Notes: generated by a model not told the origin, from the letters alone. A DNA stretch of 63,791 nucleotides, filler included, from Phoronis australis (GCA_002633005.1; 7 parts of 7 records of this genome joined end to end with filler, not necessarily neighbours in it), one strand, 5' to 3'; numbered from the whole stretch's first letter, positions 37,720-52,509 are shown. Translations and numbers: made by a program.

Positions 37720-39163
37720 TATCGTATTCGTCCGTGTTACCGCCCAGGGTGCTTAAATTGGGAATCTAAAGCAACAGAGGGCGAGCGGTAAGCCGAGCAT
37801 GGGCGGTTAAAATCGAAATTTTTGAAAAGTCGGGAGTGGATGTTTACTGCACGGAGGACTGATTTTACCCTTACGGAGCTACACTGGCGTCGGGCTTCAA
37901 GAATATAAGTTAAAATATGCTTCTACGGATTAAAATAACGGACTTCGACTCCTTGAATAGCGCACACAATACAATGTCGCCATGACCCCGAGCGTGATTG
38001 TTTTTTACGTACCTCGGTCGATGCTCGTCATCTCTTAGAACTAAGGTATTCCTACAGATAGGCATGTGTTCAGTAAGGCAAGTTTCTTGAGAGAAAAGGC
38101 AGATCAAGCAAGACTCCGCTAGTGCGCCGTGTATTTCTTAGAGAAGCACCTGATATTGAAAAGATTAATTTGCTCCCCGCTGGACACTTTGGCAAGCAAA
38201 CATGTGCTAATGATTGACAGGTCTCAGTTCTTAATGCTTTGAACCTAGTTTGAAAAATGAAACATTTTATTATAGGGCCTATTTCTTTCTGCCTTGAAAA
38301 CCCGATACAACTCTTGTTCCATTTTCACGAAAGACGTCGCTCTAGTCGGTTGGCGACACGCTGTTGGCTAACGTAGTAAACGCTCTTGTTCAAATCCCGT
38401 GCTCAACAATCGGACGATACTACTATTAGGCAATAGGGGTGCTCGGTAGGCTGCGAAAATAAGCAAAAACACATCAGTAAAAAGTCATCAGGCAAATCAA
38501 GAGTTCATGGGGATGTAGATAGAATGTTCGACTTAAGTTAATGACAAGTTGATGTCGTGCGCTGTAGATGTTGGTTGGGCACTTCCATTTTGGTGTCAGG
38601 AGTGAGTCAACATGCATTTAACCAAGGCGGGGAGCAGCGAGACAAGTTGGCTTGTCACAATGTCTCGTGTCTGCTTGTATTCAAAATAATGTCGGTATGC
38701 TCGTGTTTATTTTTCTTATTTCATTGTTCAGGGTGAGGATGCTTCGTGTACTGTACGGGGAATCACAGAAAACTAGGCCACGGACTGTAAATTTCTGTAA
38801 AGCACCGCTTGTTGGTTCTTCCACGGCAATGAAATACATTCGACAAGCGCTGCCTCAGTGGTCAGTAAACGCTGACACGAGTTCCGCGCGTGAACCAAAG
38901 GAAATATTTGGTCTCCTTCAGTAAAGTGCATGAGAATACGGGTATTTTACCGCCGTAGTAAGGCAAGGTCCCGTTTCCGCTAAAACTGGTTGATCGAGAG
39001 CGAGTTGCTCACGTTTTGGAATCTTAGCTTTGTGTGACGAACGTTCATCATAAAAAATTGGGGGTGGGTGGTAAGCAAAGCATGGGCGCTTTAAATGAAA
39101 AAATTAAAATTTCGGGGGTGGGCGATAAACTGAGCATGGGCGGTAACCCGGGCCGGTACAGTA
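37720..39163. mobile_element. TA-flanked ~1.44-kb non-autonomous DNA element, copy B (uninterrupted)
   Basis: Collinear with copy A; subterminal gagcatgggcggt repeats near both ends. Confidence 0.8.
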
Positions 39164-39789
39164 CGTAAAAACTTGCAATTAAATACACTTATGAGTCATT
39201 GTTTTCATATAACTGCTCACTCAAAAGCAATCCCACTAATTACATGCACAAGTCTTCACAAAAGTAGTCATCACATTCTACTTGTACTAAGGCCATACCC
39301 TTCATTGCACAGTAGTAGCACCTTTCAAAACTTGTTGTGAAGTGCTGCAGATAAAAGTTAGACTCCAATGAATATTACAGCATACCTCTTCATTTACTCA
39401 TATTATAATAAAATATCTGCAATTAGTAACCGTAATGAATACCCTTCAGCAGAAACTGGGTGCGGTTTTTCTGTAAGTTTTGGAGACTCACAATCCATCT
39501 TTTAATTGCGAACCTCGAAAAGTGGCCAAATTTGGCAAACTTTGGAACATCATATCTCGAAAATTACAGGTCTGATTCAAATGAAGATTTCAGATAACAA
39601 GTTGCTTAATGACACCTTCAGAAAATGAATGATACCTTTGAAAACTGTAGGTCGAGCAGGTGTGCAAAATGTTATTGGGCGAGTACTGGCCTACAGCATT
39701 GGGCCGATACAGAAGACAGTTCAGCGCCAGTATTGGCGCAGAACCTGCATGTTTACTGGGAAACTACACGACGTGTTATCAGTTTAAAT

Positions 39790-40300
39790 TTAGTATTTAT
39801 AAAAACTCAAGCCATAAAGTATACCTTAAATTGCAAATATGGTGATAACCAACTTGAAGATTTGGAATCTCTGGACAATTTCGGTTGCTCTGAATACATA
39901 GCTATTGTAGCTTTTTGTCAAGTCATAAAAAATGAGAGAGCACAATTTAAATACAACTGTGTCCGAGTTAAAAATCTGGATAAACGAGATAGAAAGAATA
40001 TTAAAAGAATAATCCATGCGATATTCTCAATTTTGATTAGTGTTTGTAAATCCAAAGAGTCATCTATACGCACGGTCGTTTAGCTTCAATCTTACCCAAT
40101 GTTTGTAGTTTTTAGCTTATTAGTTCATCGGTTTTTAAAAATCGAAAACATTACTTGGTTGTTTTTTCGTGGAAATCTGACAATACTAAAACCAAAGGTG
40201 AAGAAGAGGTTATTCAAAAAACCAAAACCTTTTATGAAAATCTATACAAATATAGACATCCTAACAATACTGCTTTAGAAACTCTTCTTGGTAAGGTTTG
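39790..40300 (+). pseudogene. Degraded L1/Tx1-like ORF2 fragment (region between EN and RT)
   Basis: FIKTQAIKY.. and TKGEEEVIQKTKTFYENLYK..LETLL resemble the EI....FY..LY motif; interrupted by stops. Confidence 0.4.
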
Positions 40301-40369
40301 TGAAAATGAACCATTGGTTATTATATCGAGATTCGTTATATGCAAGGGTATTTGAACTATATATATACA

Positions 40370-41169
40370 TTATTACATGGCCCGAGGGGCGTTTAGCCCC
40401 GAGGGTGATAATTCTCCAAAATTCACGAGGTCTCTAGATAAGGGGGGTAACGACTGAGAACATGTAATAATCTATTTATACCGCATACTGAACGACAAAC
40501 ATTGCAATGAATCGATCTACCTTTATCGACCCGCCTCGGCTTTGTAACTACTTTCTATGTCAGAGGCCCGGGGGTCGGAGGTCGTGACCTTTTAAGAAAA
40601 ACTGAGCTATTTTTGTCAAATAATGCTTACACTCAAAACCAATTGAAAATTTAAACAAAATAGAAATAAAGTGAATCTATAAATCAAGGTTTAGCAACTA
40701 TTATAGCTTACTACACATTTTATCACGCTAAGCTTCGACCGGGAAAATATCGTCTGCTAAAGTAGGTTACCACTAGTAACCGACTATAATGCTCAAGTCA
40801 AAGCATCCCGACGACACGATACCAGCATTCAAATTCGACATCGGTGATTTTCAAGTGAGAGAAAACGAGAGAAAAATTTCACTGAATTAAAATATCGTTT
40901 TTATGGAAATTATGTGTCTAATTTTTCATGGCGTATAAATGTCGGTGCAATGCCCTTTGATGAACACGCTATTGTTGCGCGTGCTCATTATTCTATTTTC
41001 ACACTCGATGACGTCAGTCGCTGAGTGGTGTCGTAAAGTCGGCTACTCGAAACTCTTGAGGCCCGGGTTCGAATCCGGTTTCGGTTTCCCGCCAAAATGT
41101 TATCTCACTATTAAAATATGGGTTAATACACTGTAGTATCATCCATTCGAGGCTAATATTGTGGTATAA
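40370..41169 (+). mobile_element. Uninterrupted ~800-bp copy of the tRNA-segment-containing repeat
   Basis: Matches 28074-28621 plus 29254-29441; B-box GGTTCGAATCC near 41066. Confidence 0.85.
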
Positions 41170-41382
41170 ATTCTTGATTTATTGAGACATATACACATGG
41201 CCATAGGCCCCAAATATATCATTTACAAGACAGAACATTGTTAGGTGCCTCGTTTCAGACTGGATAACGCATTATGACGCTTGTGAGCGTGATGGACGAA
41301 TTTAATAAGTAGGCTATCCGGAGTTCTCATGAGAGAATCAACTGGGGCTATTCGGAAAATCTACAATAACTAGAGGGCGTGC

Positions 41383-42770
41383 GTCTTCATATCTTCTATT
41401 AGAAAAAAATTAAAAGTCTGAGAAACGGTTCCCTCAGCCTTAGACTAGAAGTATGCTTGACAGACCCATGAATCTGTAATCGGAGTTTTAAATTGCTGAA
41501 AGTATCAAAATTAAAAAGGCTTGAAAATGGGTAACAAAGGTTTGAAGTTGTCTAAAAAAACTTGTTTATTTTGCAGACAAGTGATGCGTTTAAAGAATTG
41601 TTATGGCTACGAATGAAAAATAAAGACAGTTTTATGCAAAACTTATTACATACACCCTTGGTTTCTGATTGATTATTTAATTTTATAAGAAACTGTAGAG
41701 CAGTCACCATATATTTTTGAGTAACAGGGATAGCATTTTTGACCCAATCTGGAGTACTTAATTATTCGGATTTCAATATTTGTTCCAGGTTCAGTGATAT
41801 TTTAAGGCCACTTCAAGCTGTATCATAGACAAGCTTTGTTACTCCGTTCTCTTCCCACAGCACTTCCACACACCAGCAGTGCTGCATGACGCAATGTACA
41901 AGTCATTGGCCCTGGAGAAATGTGAATCGAAGTACTAAGTTACCATAAGACAATGTGCCAGAGGACTGTCTGTGTATTCACACGAACTATATCTGACTGC
42001 TTCACAAGTAAGCCTTGTTGGTGAGGATGCCCTTTCATATGCAATGAGTCATATGTGGACAATAGTTTATTTCCTTTCCTGGAAGAAACACGAGGAACTG
42101 AAGCTAAAGAAAAACCCAGTGACACTCTGGTCTAGTTCAGGGTCCAATTTTGGGCTCAAAACGCTTCAAGTGATATGCTGTTGTGTTTACCTTCGAGGGT
42201 CTAATTGTGGATGTTATTGAGGCTGAATGAGGTTACACGAAAGAAAGCCACGTTTCGACCTTTTTTCAAGTGCTTCTATAGGCCATTGAAACTAGAACCC
42301 AGTGGAATGAAAACCAAAAGCTTCTGGTATAAATGCCTCTCCTTCCTCACTGAGTGACATTAACTTTTCCTTTAAGAAGAAAGGCTTTATATTAAAGGTA
42401 AAAAACTTTTCAGTTTGGTACACATTTTGGGGAAATGACATTCAGTGACTGCATCGATTGTCTTATTGTCAGTACAAAGCCCGTTAATGTTACACTTTGA
42501 TGATCGAATAAATTTTAATCAACAGGCAAGTTTGTCACTAATTATTGAAACCACAATATTTCTTCAGTTTTAAAGCCCCATAGTGCAGTTGTGCTTATTC
42601 TTTATAAAGCTGAAATGATTGCCGAGTATACTTGCGAACTGTCATTTTCCCGTTCGACCTATAGAAATGTGCAGCGATCAAAATGAAGTATTCCCTTTCT
42701 TTGCATTTGATTTGTTTGTGTGTGTAATTATTTTTAGAGCTTTCTTAAGAAGGTCTTTGAACAATTTTAA
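41383..42770 (+). mobile_element. ~1.39-kb repeat carrying a decayed YqaJ/lambda-exonuclease-like coding region
   Basis: Reverse-complement match to 49362-50625. Translation ALEKCESK..IRQCARGLSVYSHELYLTASQVSLVGEDAL ... VQGPILGSKRFK*YAVVFTFEGLIVDVI aligns by eye with the YqaJ motifs GL.V...YL.ASPDGLV and QVQGQ....R..C.FVV.T. Confidence 0.7.
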
Positions 42771-43479
42771 GGTTTGTGTTAACTTGTGGAATGTTCAGGT
42801 TAATTGGGTGTTTCAGATTTTGAAAGTATAATTGATTTTCTTGGGAAATCTTGGATAACATCTGTATCACTTTCAGCAACTTCAGCTTTAGTACTACTGT
42901 TGGTGCCTTGAAACGTTGCTATGCCGTTCTATGTCCTTTCAATTTTTTGGTCTGACACTTGGTCTTCTAGTCTGCAGCACTCAGCAGTATACTGTGTAGG
43001 CTACCAGGACATGCAGCTGTTTTCTGCACAAACGTTTGTGACACCTCTTCTTCTTTTTGATCTACTGATCTACAGAGTTCCACAGTCAATCAGCTTTCGT
43101 CAGGAAGCTTTCCTAAACTTCTTTAGGCTCTGACATCACAATTTTGTGCTGTTTGATAAACCTTGAATTATACAGGCATCACATTCCATGGGAGCAGCCA
43201 TATTGAAGTAACTAAGCACAACAATACAATCTGGCTCTCTGATTGGTCAATTCACTAGAAAAGCGCCATCAAGTGGCAGGAATGTGCATCATATTTTGTG
43301 CAACAAAAACACCTTTTTTTAGAAAAATGTGCAAGTGTAGACGTGGGAACTTTTTGGAATTTGATTTATAGGTATATTATCTAGCCACATAGAAAAAACT
43401 AGGTTGCCCCCCCAAAGTACTCACAAGGATGAACGCTATGAGATCTGGCCCACCGACTAGTAAGGCAGTTTTGCGTTAC

Positions 43480-43960
43480 ATTCGATATCAGATTGCCAAC
43501 CTTGCAAATAACAGTCGTTGATACGTTGAGAAAAACAGTCAAGAAATACGCTCGATTTACCACACCCTGATTAATCCATACATCTGAAAAACCATACACA
43601 GACAGAAGTTCCCTTACAAAACTTGCCCAATTATAGGTAGATCCTCCATTCAGGTCTGACTGAAAAAGTAGCTTTTTACTCCAGTATTTTGAACCAGTAT
43701 TTTATACAAGAAACAAAATATTTAGTAGACAATGGGAATCGACCACATTCTCCCATAATTGCCGAGTTTGAACAACTGCCTACTCCTAAAATGCGTTTAC
43801 AAAATTTGATATGTACATTTTCCAATTTGTTCATATTCCTTAAGCCCCATGTCTCAGCGCCGTAACACAGAGAGGGGTTAACTATTTTATCGAACAAGTG
43901 AAAGACTATTGCCGGGGACAGATCACGAGATCTTCGCTTTAATTTACAAATTACAGAGGC
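43480..43960 (-). mobile_element. Non-LTR retrotransposon ORF2 C-terminal fragment (RTEX-like)
   Basis: LFDKIVNPSLCYGAETWG..LENVHIKFCKRILGV..GECGRFPL..IKYWFKIL..NWASFVRELLSVYGFSDVWINQ, with stops and frameshifts. Confidence 0.85.
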
Positions 43961-46900
43961 AGCTTTATTTGGTTATTTTTGGAACGTTTAATGGCTTCAA
44001 TAAATCGGGCTTCATTATGCTTTCTCTTTCTGTTTAAACAGATCACGGAAAGCTTTCTTTTATACTTTATACATGTTAAGGTATGACAGAAGAGTTTTTA
44101 CGAAACAGTTTTAAAGACTATATATTTGCTCGGCCGAAGCCAATTCATCATCCCACCAGGGTGGCTGCTTTGTCCGAGAGTTTCGATTTACTTTAGTCTT
44201 ACTATTCGTAGATATATGAAACTGCTGTCGATATGAAATAAAGATTTCCAAAATGTTCACAAGGGACATTAACCTTAATAATGCAAATACTGAATGTAAG
44301 TATTACGATAACTACAGAATAAAATAGCTTGTGGGCAATGCCTTCTTAGTACTAAACAACAAAATACAACACAACAAAAGATGCTAAATACCTAGAGCGG
44401 TAACATATGCCAAAGGAACACAGAAAATACAGATATAGTCAGCAAATAGTGACTGTCTCCTATAGTCAATTAAACGTACTATTTTACAAAAGAACACATT
44501 TGGAGCCTTAAACAACAGGAATAGCGAGATCCCAAATTTAACAAGTACAAAAACATGGTATAAGTGCAAAACTTAGCAAAATAATGATTTACCTTATGCT
44601 GTAGATGATGAGTTTTTCTTATCTGACACTTGAATTTAACAATTTAACTAACCTTAATTATTTTACTAAAAATACAACCCTTGAATGACACTAGACAAGA
44701 TGGATGTCAAAAGGAGACACAATCCCAAGACAGTGCTTTGAGAGCATATAAAAATAATGATAATACACTGACGGGTGAGAAACAACGTGACCGCCGGTCC
44801 TCTAAAGCGGACTGATCGACTCACCGCACCAGAAAATGGGACTGNNNNNNNNNNNNNNNNNNNNNNNNNNNNNNNNNNNNNNNNNNNNTTAATTAATTAA
44901 NNNNNNNNNNNNNNNNNNNNNNNNNNNNNNNNNNNNNNNNNNNNTCGGAGTATACTGCATCAATTAATGACATTTTATTATTCTAAATAAACATCCCTAG
45001 AAGCACCGCACCGTTTGCAGCACAATCTAAAATGAATTTCAACGTTCCGCATTGACTGTGGTACTGTCTATGTTCGGCATTGCTATTGTCAATTTGGTTT
45101 TGATCTTGGGGCAACCGTAAATATTCATTTTTGTATAGAGCATGTGCTTAGTAGACAATTATCCAGTGTACATGTACACGTATCCTATGATGGCAAAGGT
45201 CCGAGTGTACGCACTGCATGATTTCCTAGCTGGGGACCACTTATTATAGTGATTGCGCATGTGCCGTTTTGATTGTGTGGTCACCTGATATTGCCGTCAT
45301 TTCTTTGCGATGTCCTGCGTCCGTAACCGTATCTCGTAAACCCGTTGCAGGATTTTAAATTCAATAAATGACAATACGCTTTTATGCAGTAGACCAGGCA
45401 TTTTAGGAAGCCCTACTTGATGCAGCGCCTTCTAGTGCCATATTTGATAGTTTAGTATTTAATTTTGGTATCTATTAAACCACTTGAAAAGTCAGCATGC
45501 CATTTGAGGAATGAGTTTCTAAAAGGTTCAGTAAAAGCACACCTTGTGCCAATTAATCAGTGTTTGATTTAGTGTATTTAGTATTTTGTAATCGTTCTCG
45601 TTTTTAGTCATTTTTCATATTAGAATGGGTTTCAAGGCTTTAGAACAGAAAGTTCCTAAGTGCTTCACGCTATAATTCATTGAGTTGCTTTTGACGGCGA
45701 GTTGTGCTGCGCCCCCTAATGACAACTTTTCGTCCATCTTTCTTGATCTACCAAGGTACTTGAATGATTATCCTCAAGACGCCACACGTTAATGCTATTT
45801 TGGACTAGTCTCACTAGAGTTGTGTTCCTAAGTGGTAATAATATTTGTTGGCGTCCACCTTTCTACGCGTCAAATCCGTTGATCGAAAGGTGTCAGCTTT
45901 TTATTCCTTAGGTGTCCACATTTTCAAATGACTGACGACAATTTAAAGTTTTTCTGTGTTGTTCACTCTAAGGGAAATATTTTTAAAATGTGTATCTTTG
46001 TTGCTAAGGATTCACTGGATGTGCGCACGTCAGCGGTTCCGTTGATCTTGCTAAAACATTCCGGCCACATGCACATACTGTTTTGGGTGCGAATTCTTCA
46101 TTCCATTGAATCCATCACGATGTTTTATTACATCGTGTATGTTGTGTGTAAACTGTAAAAAGTTTACTTTATGTTTATTTTTGTGTGTGTGTGTGTGTTG
46201 CTTCCATTTGTACATTTGTCCTATGAACTGCAATAGATATTTTAATTAGCTGTGGATTGAAAATAAACTGGACAGTTTCCAGCCACCGCCCGATTTGACC
46301 GAACACAACCTCAAATAGCACATTACCGTTGACAACTTATCAGCGCGACTTCCGTCGAAGTTAAGTTGCTCAACTCGCCATAAGCGCAGTGGCGGTGTGG
46401 GTAGTTCTTAGTAGGTGGGACCAGGTGAGAAAATCTGCAGTGTTGTTTGTGACATATCGTGAATGTGATCTGCCAATTTTGTTAAAACACAGTGGTACAC
46501 AGCTGTATTTTGACGACAGCCTTCATACAGTTAACTGACTGGCTAGTAAAAAGACGGAATTTGCTATCGACACGTCGTCGGTAAGCCTTATTATTGCTAT
46601 TTTCCGTGGTGCAAGTCTTCGACAGGTGGTCACAAATTCCCAAAAGACCTAAGGTTACTACAGGGGCGGAGAATTGCGGTCATGAAAAGGGTCAACCAAC
46701 TGACAAAAAGTGTGTGGATGCCGAAGCCACGTGTGTGCTCTATGCATTTCCATTGGGNGGTAAGTTTTTAGCAATCAGTTTCTATGGACATCGTTCGGTG
46801 ATGTTATCCCCACCAGTTACCCCACTGAATAACGGGTTCATTGAGTGGAACTAAATGTTTCTTTTCGGAAACTCACCCAGAACTCGGATGCCGGGTAATG

Positions 46901-47892
46901 AGACTAGCAGCACATATTCACAAATTGTCTTAGGTGGGAGTGCACCCTAGTTGTATGGTACGTGACGCTCAGAAGTCATGGGTGACTTTTTCACTGCAGG
47001 TTCTCTTCAAAACTATGCTATGTCCAATAAAATTATCTAGATGAGTGAGTTTCCTTATTTTATAGCGGATCCCACGCCCAACCAGATTAGTTAGCGAATT
47101 AACATGGATAAGCTCTTTAGTAAATGTCGTAACATTGCTTTGGAATAAATATTGACACCTAGAATGAATTTTACTTGTTGAGATCAGAATCACATTTTAG
47201 GTGTCATGTTATTCACTTTTAACCTGTTTCACATATTTTAATTCAGATCTTAAATAAGACTTGGGTACAAAGATTATTAGTTTTTACATATAAACATGAA
47301 GATGAAACGTCAATTATATTTTGCTTTAAAAAGTAGTTTTGTTTTGTGTTTTCTTTTATAATTTGCTGATATTTTTCTGACTATTCTGTTACAGGTGAGA
47401 GAAAACGACTGAAACCAACCGCCTGACCGTCAATTTTACCTTTGGACAAAGTGAAAAACAATCCTTCAGCAATAACCTGAGAGAATTGAACCTGATTCAG
47501 AAATGGCCTTGATATGCCTGATTATAAACTCCGTTGCAGTGGGAAAATTACAATTGTTTTTAACAATGTTGTTTCTTTGTATGTATGTGGTTGTTCAGTT
47601 TGCCATTTTGTTTTTAAATACACTGATAATTGTTTATTCTCGAATCTTGTGCATAGCAGATTCTTATCCAGCTAGCTGTAATTGAAAACATACTTTTCTT
47701 GTATGTGAAACTTTTGTTGTAGACAAGTTATCACAATGCCACCCGAATTAAATAGTCTTTTTTGCCGTCTTAATCGGTCTATATCCACATCGCCTCGCAT
47801 ACGGTCGACCTTACCTTGCCAAGATTGGTCGCGTTAACCTGTGAAGAAGGTGAGAAACGACGCTAGCGACGTCAGTGGTTCATGTGCAGAGT

Positions 47893-48085
47893 AAATGCCG
47901 CTATGTTGCGGTGCATCGTACCCGCTTGTCCGAACTAAGCAGCTACGACGAAAGCGGGTATATCGTTTTTATACTTCCTCGAGAGTCCGAAATGCTTAAG
48001 AAGTGGCTCATGGTAGTGAAGAATGAAATGTACGCTGTAAATAGCAAGTATGAGGCCGTGAAACATCTCCGTGTCTCAAGTGAGG
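47893..48085 (+). pseudogene. Frameshifted THAP domain remnant
   Basis: MLRCIVPACPN*..GISF / ILPRESEMLKKWLMVVKNEMYAVNSKYEAVKHLRVSSE, collinear with the THAP remnant at ~10900. Confidence 0.65.
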
Positions 48086-49361
48086 CCTGCAGACGTCGAC
48101 AGTGTCTGACGAATGCCGGCCTTACCAAATAACTCCATTCGTTCCGTTGTCTGAGCTTGTTCACGGCGCCTCTCTAGTATTTCTTCATCACTGTATTCCT
48201 GTTCGAATTGATAGCCCGTAAAACTAAACGATCCACCTGCGAAGTCGGGACTGATGAGGTCTAGGTCGTTCTAAGTCGGGATTGCGAGTTGCCATGTTGG
48301 CGTTTATTACTGAGCGTTAATTCTGTTTCAAAATGAATTATTCTCACCCTAACCAATACTTATATAAAACTGAAACAAAGTCGGTCTCATTAGATGCAAT
48401 TTGTAATGCCTTTGGAGTGTTCGTGAGTGCAAATGATTTGAGAAGCCAGCAATGAATAAATCACTGCGTTACCGGCTTTTGAGGTGCAAACTAATTGACG
48501 AGACACCGAGGCCGTGTGAGATCATGCTAATTTAGTGTTTGCTGGCAGAAACTATTGTGAAACGACTCGATTTCCATCCTACGACCAGGTGTTAGGGGAA
48601 TCTTTATTTACATTTACATTACTCAAATAATGATATGTACAAAACTTCTGCCCTGACGGTGCTGTGGCCAAAGCGGAACGTTAACCTGAATTTGCGGCCT
48701 CCGAGTAAGTAGATTTGCAGTTTCGTGGCTAATTCGCCAACATAATCACGTGCACATTACTTTGGCTCACTAGTATAGTATTTTCTTGATTGGAAGTTTA
48801 GTTTCCACTGAACTTTGGCTGGTTTATGTTTGTGATGTCTGATCGGGCTCTGAGCCACTGACCAGGATAACAAGCGTTTTGTGTATAGAACTAAAAAAAA
48901 TCACAAGTCTAAACAACACAGATCTAGGTTCTCCTGCCTGTATCTCACGGAAAATACTTCGAAATTATCTCCGAATAGACCCCACAAAACTCCTGCTACG
49001 GACCTTATTGGCCTGCCGAACTTTGTAGGCTAGAACTTTGTGTCCAAACACCAGTAAATCCGTAAGAGCGAAATAAAACAACACGTTTTTATAAGAACTC
49101 GGTGTATTTTTAAGGATTTTACATCGAAGTTTGATGATTTATTGGTGTTAAACGATGACTTCAAGCCATAAGCTGACACCAGTTACCCGTGTTGTGAACT
49201 GCTGAACAGACTGCGTGTGAAACCGATGACGTCATTGGATAATTTCAACACCTCCGTCTGCCGTCAGGTGTCCGGTAACGCAACTGTACGTGTCGTTATG
49301 GAGTAGAACTACTCGATCTAAATTGATACAAATTAGGTTGTTTTTTGGGTGGCATGCTCCT

Positions 49362-50625
49362 TTAAAATTGTTCAAAGGCATTCTTAAGAAAGCTCTAAAA
49401 ATAATTACACACACAAACAAATCAAATGCAAACAAAGGGAATACTTCATTATGATCGCTGCACATTTCTATAGGTCACTAACAGGAAAATGAAATTCGCA
49501 AGCATAATCGGTAATCATTTCAACTTTATAAAATATAAGCACAACTGTACTGTATGGGGCTTTAAACTGAAGACATATTGTTTTCAATAATTAGTAACAA
49601 ACTTGCCTGTTGATCATCAAAGTGTAACATTAACGGGCTTTCTACTCACAATAAGACAATCGATGCAGTCACTGAATGACATTTCCCCATAATGTGTACC
49701 AAATTGGGATCTAGTTTCAATGGCCTATAGAAGCGCTAGTAAGAAAGGTCCAGTTTCGGCACGTGACTTTCCTTCATGTAACCTCATTCAGCCTCGATAA
49801 CATCCGCAATTAGATCCTTGAAGGTAAACACAACAGCATGTCACTTGACTCGTTTTGTGCCCAAAATCTTTCGCGCCCTGAACTAGACCTGAGTGTCACT
49901 AGGTCTCATGTTTCTTCCAGAAAAGGAAATGAGCTATTGTCCACACATGACTCACTGCCTATGAAAGGGCATCCTCACCAACGGCTGACTTGTGTAGCAG
50001 TCAAGATATAGTTCCTCTTCATACACAAACAATCCACTGGCACATTTTCTTATGGTAGCTTTGTACTGCGATTCACATTTCTCCAGGGCCACTGACTTGT
50101 AATTGTACCATGCACCATTGCTGGTGTGTGGAAATGCTGTGGGAAGAGAAAGGAGTAACAAAGCTTGTTTATGTAACGGCTTGAAGTGGCCTTAAAATGT
50201 CACTGAACCAGGAACAAATGTTGAAATATGAATAATTAAGTACTCCAGGCTGGGTCAAAAATGCTACCCGTTTTTTCAAAAATATGATATTGTGACCGCT
50301 CTACAATTTCACACAAAATTAGATAATTACTATTTTCAGAAAGCAAGGGTGTATATAATAAGTATTGTATAAACCTGCGTCATTATTTTCATTCGTAGCC
50401 ATAACAATTCTTTAAACGCATCGCTTGTCTGCAAAATATGCAAGTTATATTTGAGACAACTTCAAACCTTTGTTACCCATTTTCAAGCCTTTTTATTTTT
50501 GATACTGTCAGCAATTTTAAACTCCGATTTCAGATTCATGGGTCTGACAAGCATACTTCTAGTCTAAGGCTGAGGGAACCGTTTCTCAGACATTTTATTT
50601 TTCTTCTAATAAAAGATATGAAGAC
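49362..50625 (-). mobile_element. Second, inverted copy of the YqaJ-like repeat
   Basis: Reverse-complement match to 41383-42770. ORF 49952-50161 contains VALEKCESQYKATIRKCASGLFVYEEELYL. Confidence 0.75.
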
Positions 50626-51619
50626 TTGGATCATTTACAAAACGATGGATAATCTTTCTGTTGTTTAAGAGTAATTACAAATCGTAAGGCACAATCAAAA
50701 ATGCAATTTTCACAAAAATGGCAGTCATTTGAATTTATAAACGACTTGCAACATTTCAAGGCATGAGTTAAGACTATTCAGTCACTGAGAATTCAGAAAA
50801 TGTAAAATATTTCTATGGGTTCACAATTGATAGCAAAACAGAGTGAAATAAACTTGAAGAAACTTCATGAAGGTTAAGAATTACCTCACCATGCTCTTTC
50901 TCCCAGACGCTATTAGCTGTTATTTCCACACATTCAGTTGTCTGCAGTTTCTGTTTTTTAATGATAAATGAAAGAATATATTATATTGTCCGTAACTTTT
51001 AGATTTAGACATTAATTTGTAATCGGCAACGTATATTTCACTGTTGTATTTTGTCTGGCTGCTCAAACCGATTACAAATAAAATTTAGTCTGCATTATGT
51101 AGACCGCGGAACTGAAGTGGCCAGTCAAGGTATACCCGGAGGTGCGACATGCCCAGCAGATAAATACAACCTAGGACCCAATATGGGGGGTTCCTAGATA
51201 CAACTGAGTAACACATACATGCCTGCATCCTCACCGTGCATTCAAAAATATAGACATTAGGCAAAGGCTAGTCCCATGAAACACAGTATTAGAATGATAA
51301 CAAAAGTAAGGAGTATTTACAAATGTACAGATATATAAAGACTGTAGCAAATAGATGAAAATACAATATAGCTGTAAATGTACAAATTGTAAAACTAAAG
51401 TCTAGCTTACACATAGTGTCTATTTTCCAAAGTTTGAGTGCTAAAATCTGAAACCGTGTAGGCCATCATTGTTATGTTGACATTGGGAATATGCGAAGAT
51501 TCATAAATCCTCTGAGATTGTAAGGATTGTCACGTGTTTTTTAAAAGGTCACTGGTGTTATTGAACTCCTATCCTGGTCTCCGCGGTACTGAGATTCTAC
51601 CTAGGACTACACATACAAA

Positions 51620-51735
51620 AAACTCCCAGATTCCATTTGGCAGTTAAGGGGTGGGAACGTCTGACGGCAAAATCCTGGTTAATATCCTGCCCTGTTCCCC
51701 CCGGCCTCCTAACTAAAATCCTGGATCCGCCCCTG
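51620..51735. mobile_element. Truncated MITE copy (GGATCCGCCCCTG end)
   Basis: ctcccagattccatttggcag...aaaatcctggatccgcccctg. Confidence 0.7.
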
Positions 51736-52509
51736 CTGTAATGACTGTATTGCTCCCAGATTCTACAGATGCAGTAAGTGCAGCGGTTGTCAGGGAGCGA
51801 CCCCGGGAAGTGACCTCGTTTGATGACCTCTATGTTGACCCGGAAAGATTGCAAGTGTCGGAGTTGGCGGTTGGAGTAGCCTTGGAATTCTGCAACTTTT
51901 GTCATGGCTCTTGCTGTGATTGAGCTGCTAAGTAAAGACATGCCGTGCACTGGTGATGCACCAAGCATTCATCACTTTTTCAGCCAAGCAATGCAAGAAT
52001 TTAATTCAAAAGTTCACGTGCTTTATGGATTTACGGTGAGTGTGAATTTAATTCTCTGATCTTCCGTGTACTGACCACTCGAGACGGTGAAACACCTATA
52101 GTTAGTATAGGGCATAGACGCTAAATATGCTCGAAGCTTTTCGGCCAATTGTGTCTCATATTGATTAAAAAATCAAAGTCATATTGTTGTAAGTACCTTA
52201 TGCACATAGAGGGACACCTTAGGAAGACATCGATGTCTAATCCTTCTGACAGAAGTTCTGTAGTTAATAGCCGAGATTACCAGCGACCCCCATAAAACCG
52301 GCAAGCGTGCTAACCATTCAGCTAATAGGCATTGCCGGTTAGCAAGTGGCTAACAGGGGCTCATATACAACATATACAACATTCCCCCCTTTCCTACAGA
52401 ACGGGCACGCCACCAGGAAGGTGAACACCAGGATGTCTCCCATAGGCCATACGTAGGTCATCAACGTCCCGTGGTACTTTTACCACCTCAACACACAGGT
52501 GAACACAAG

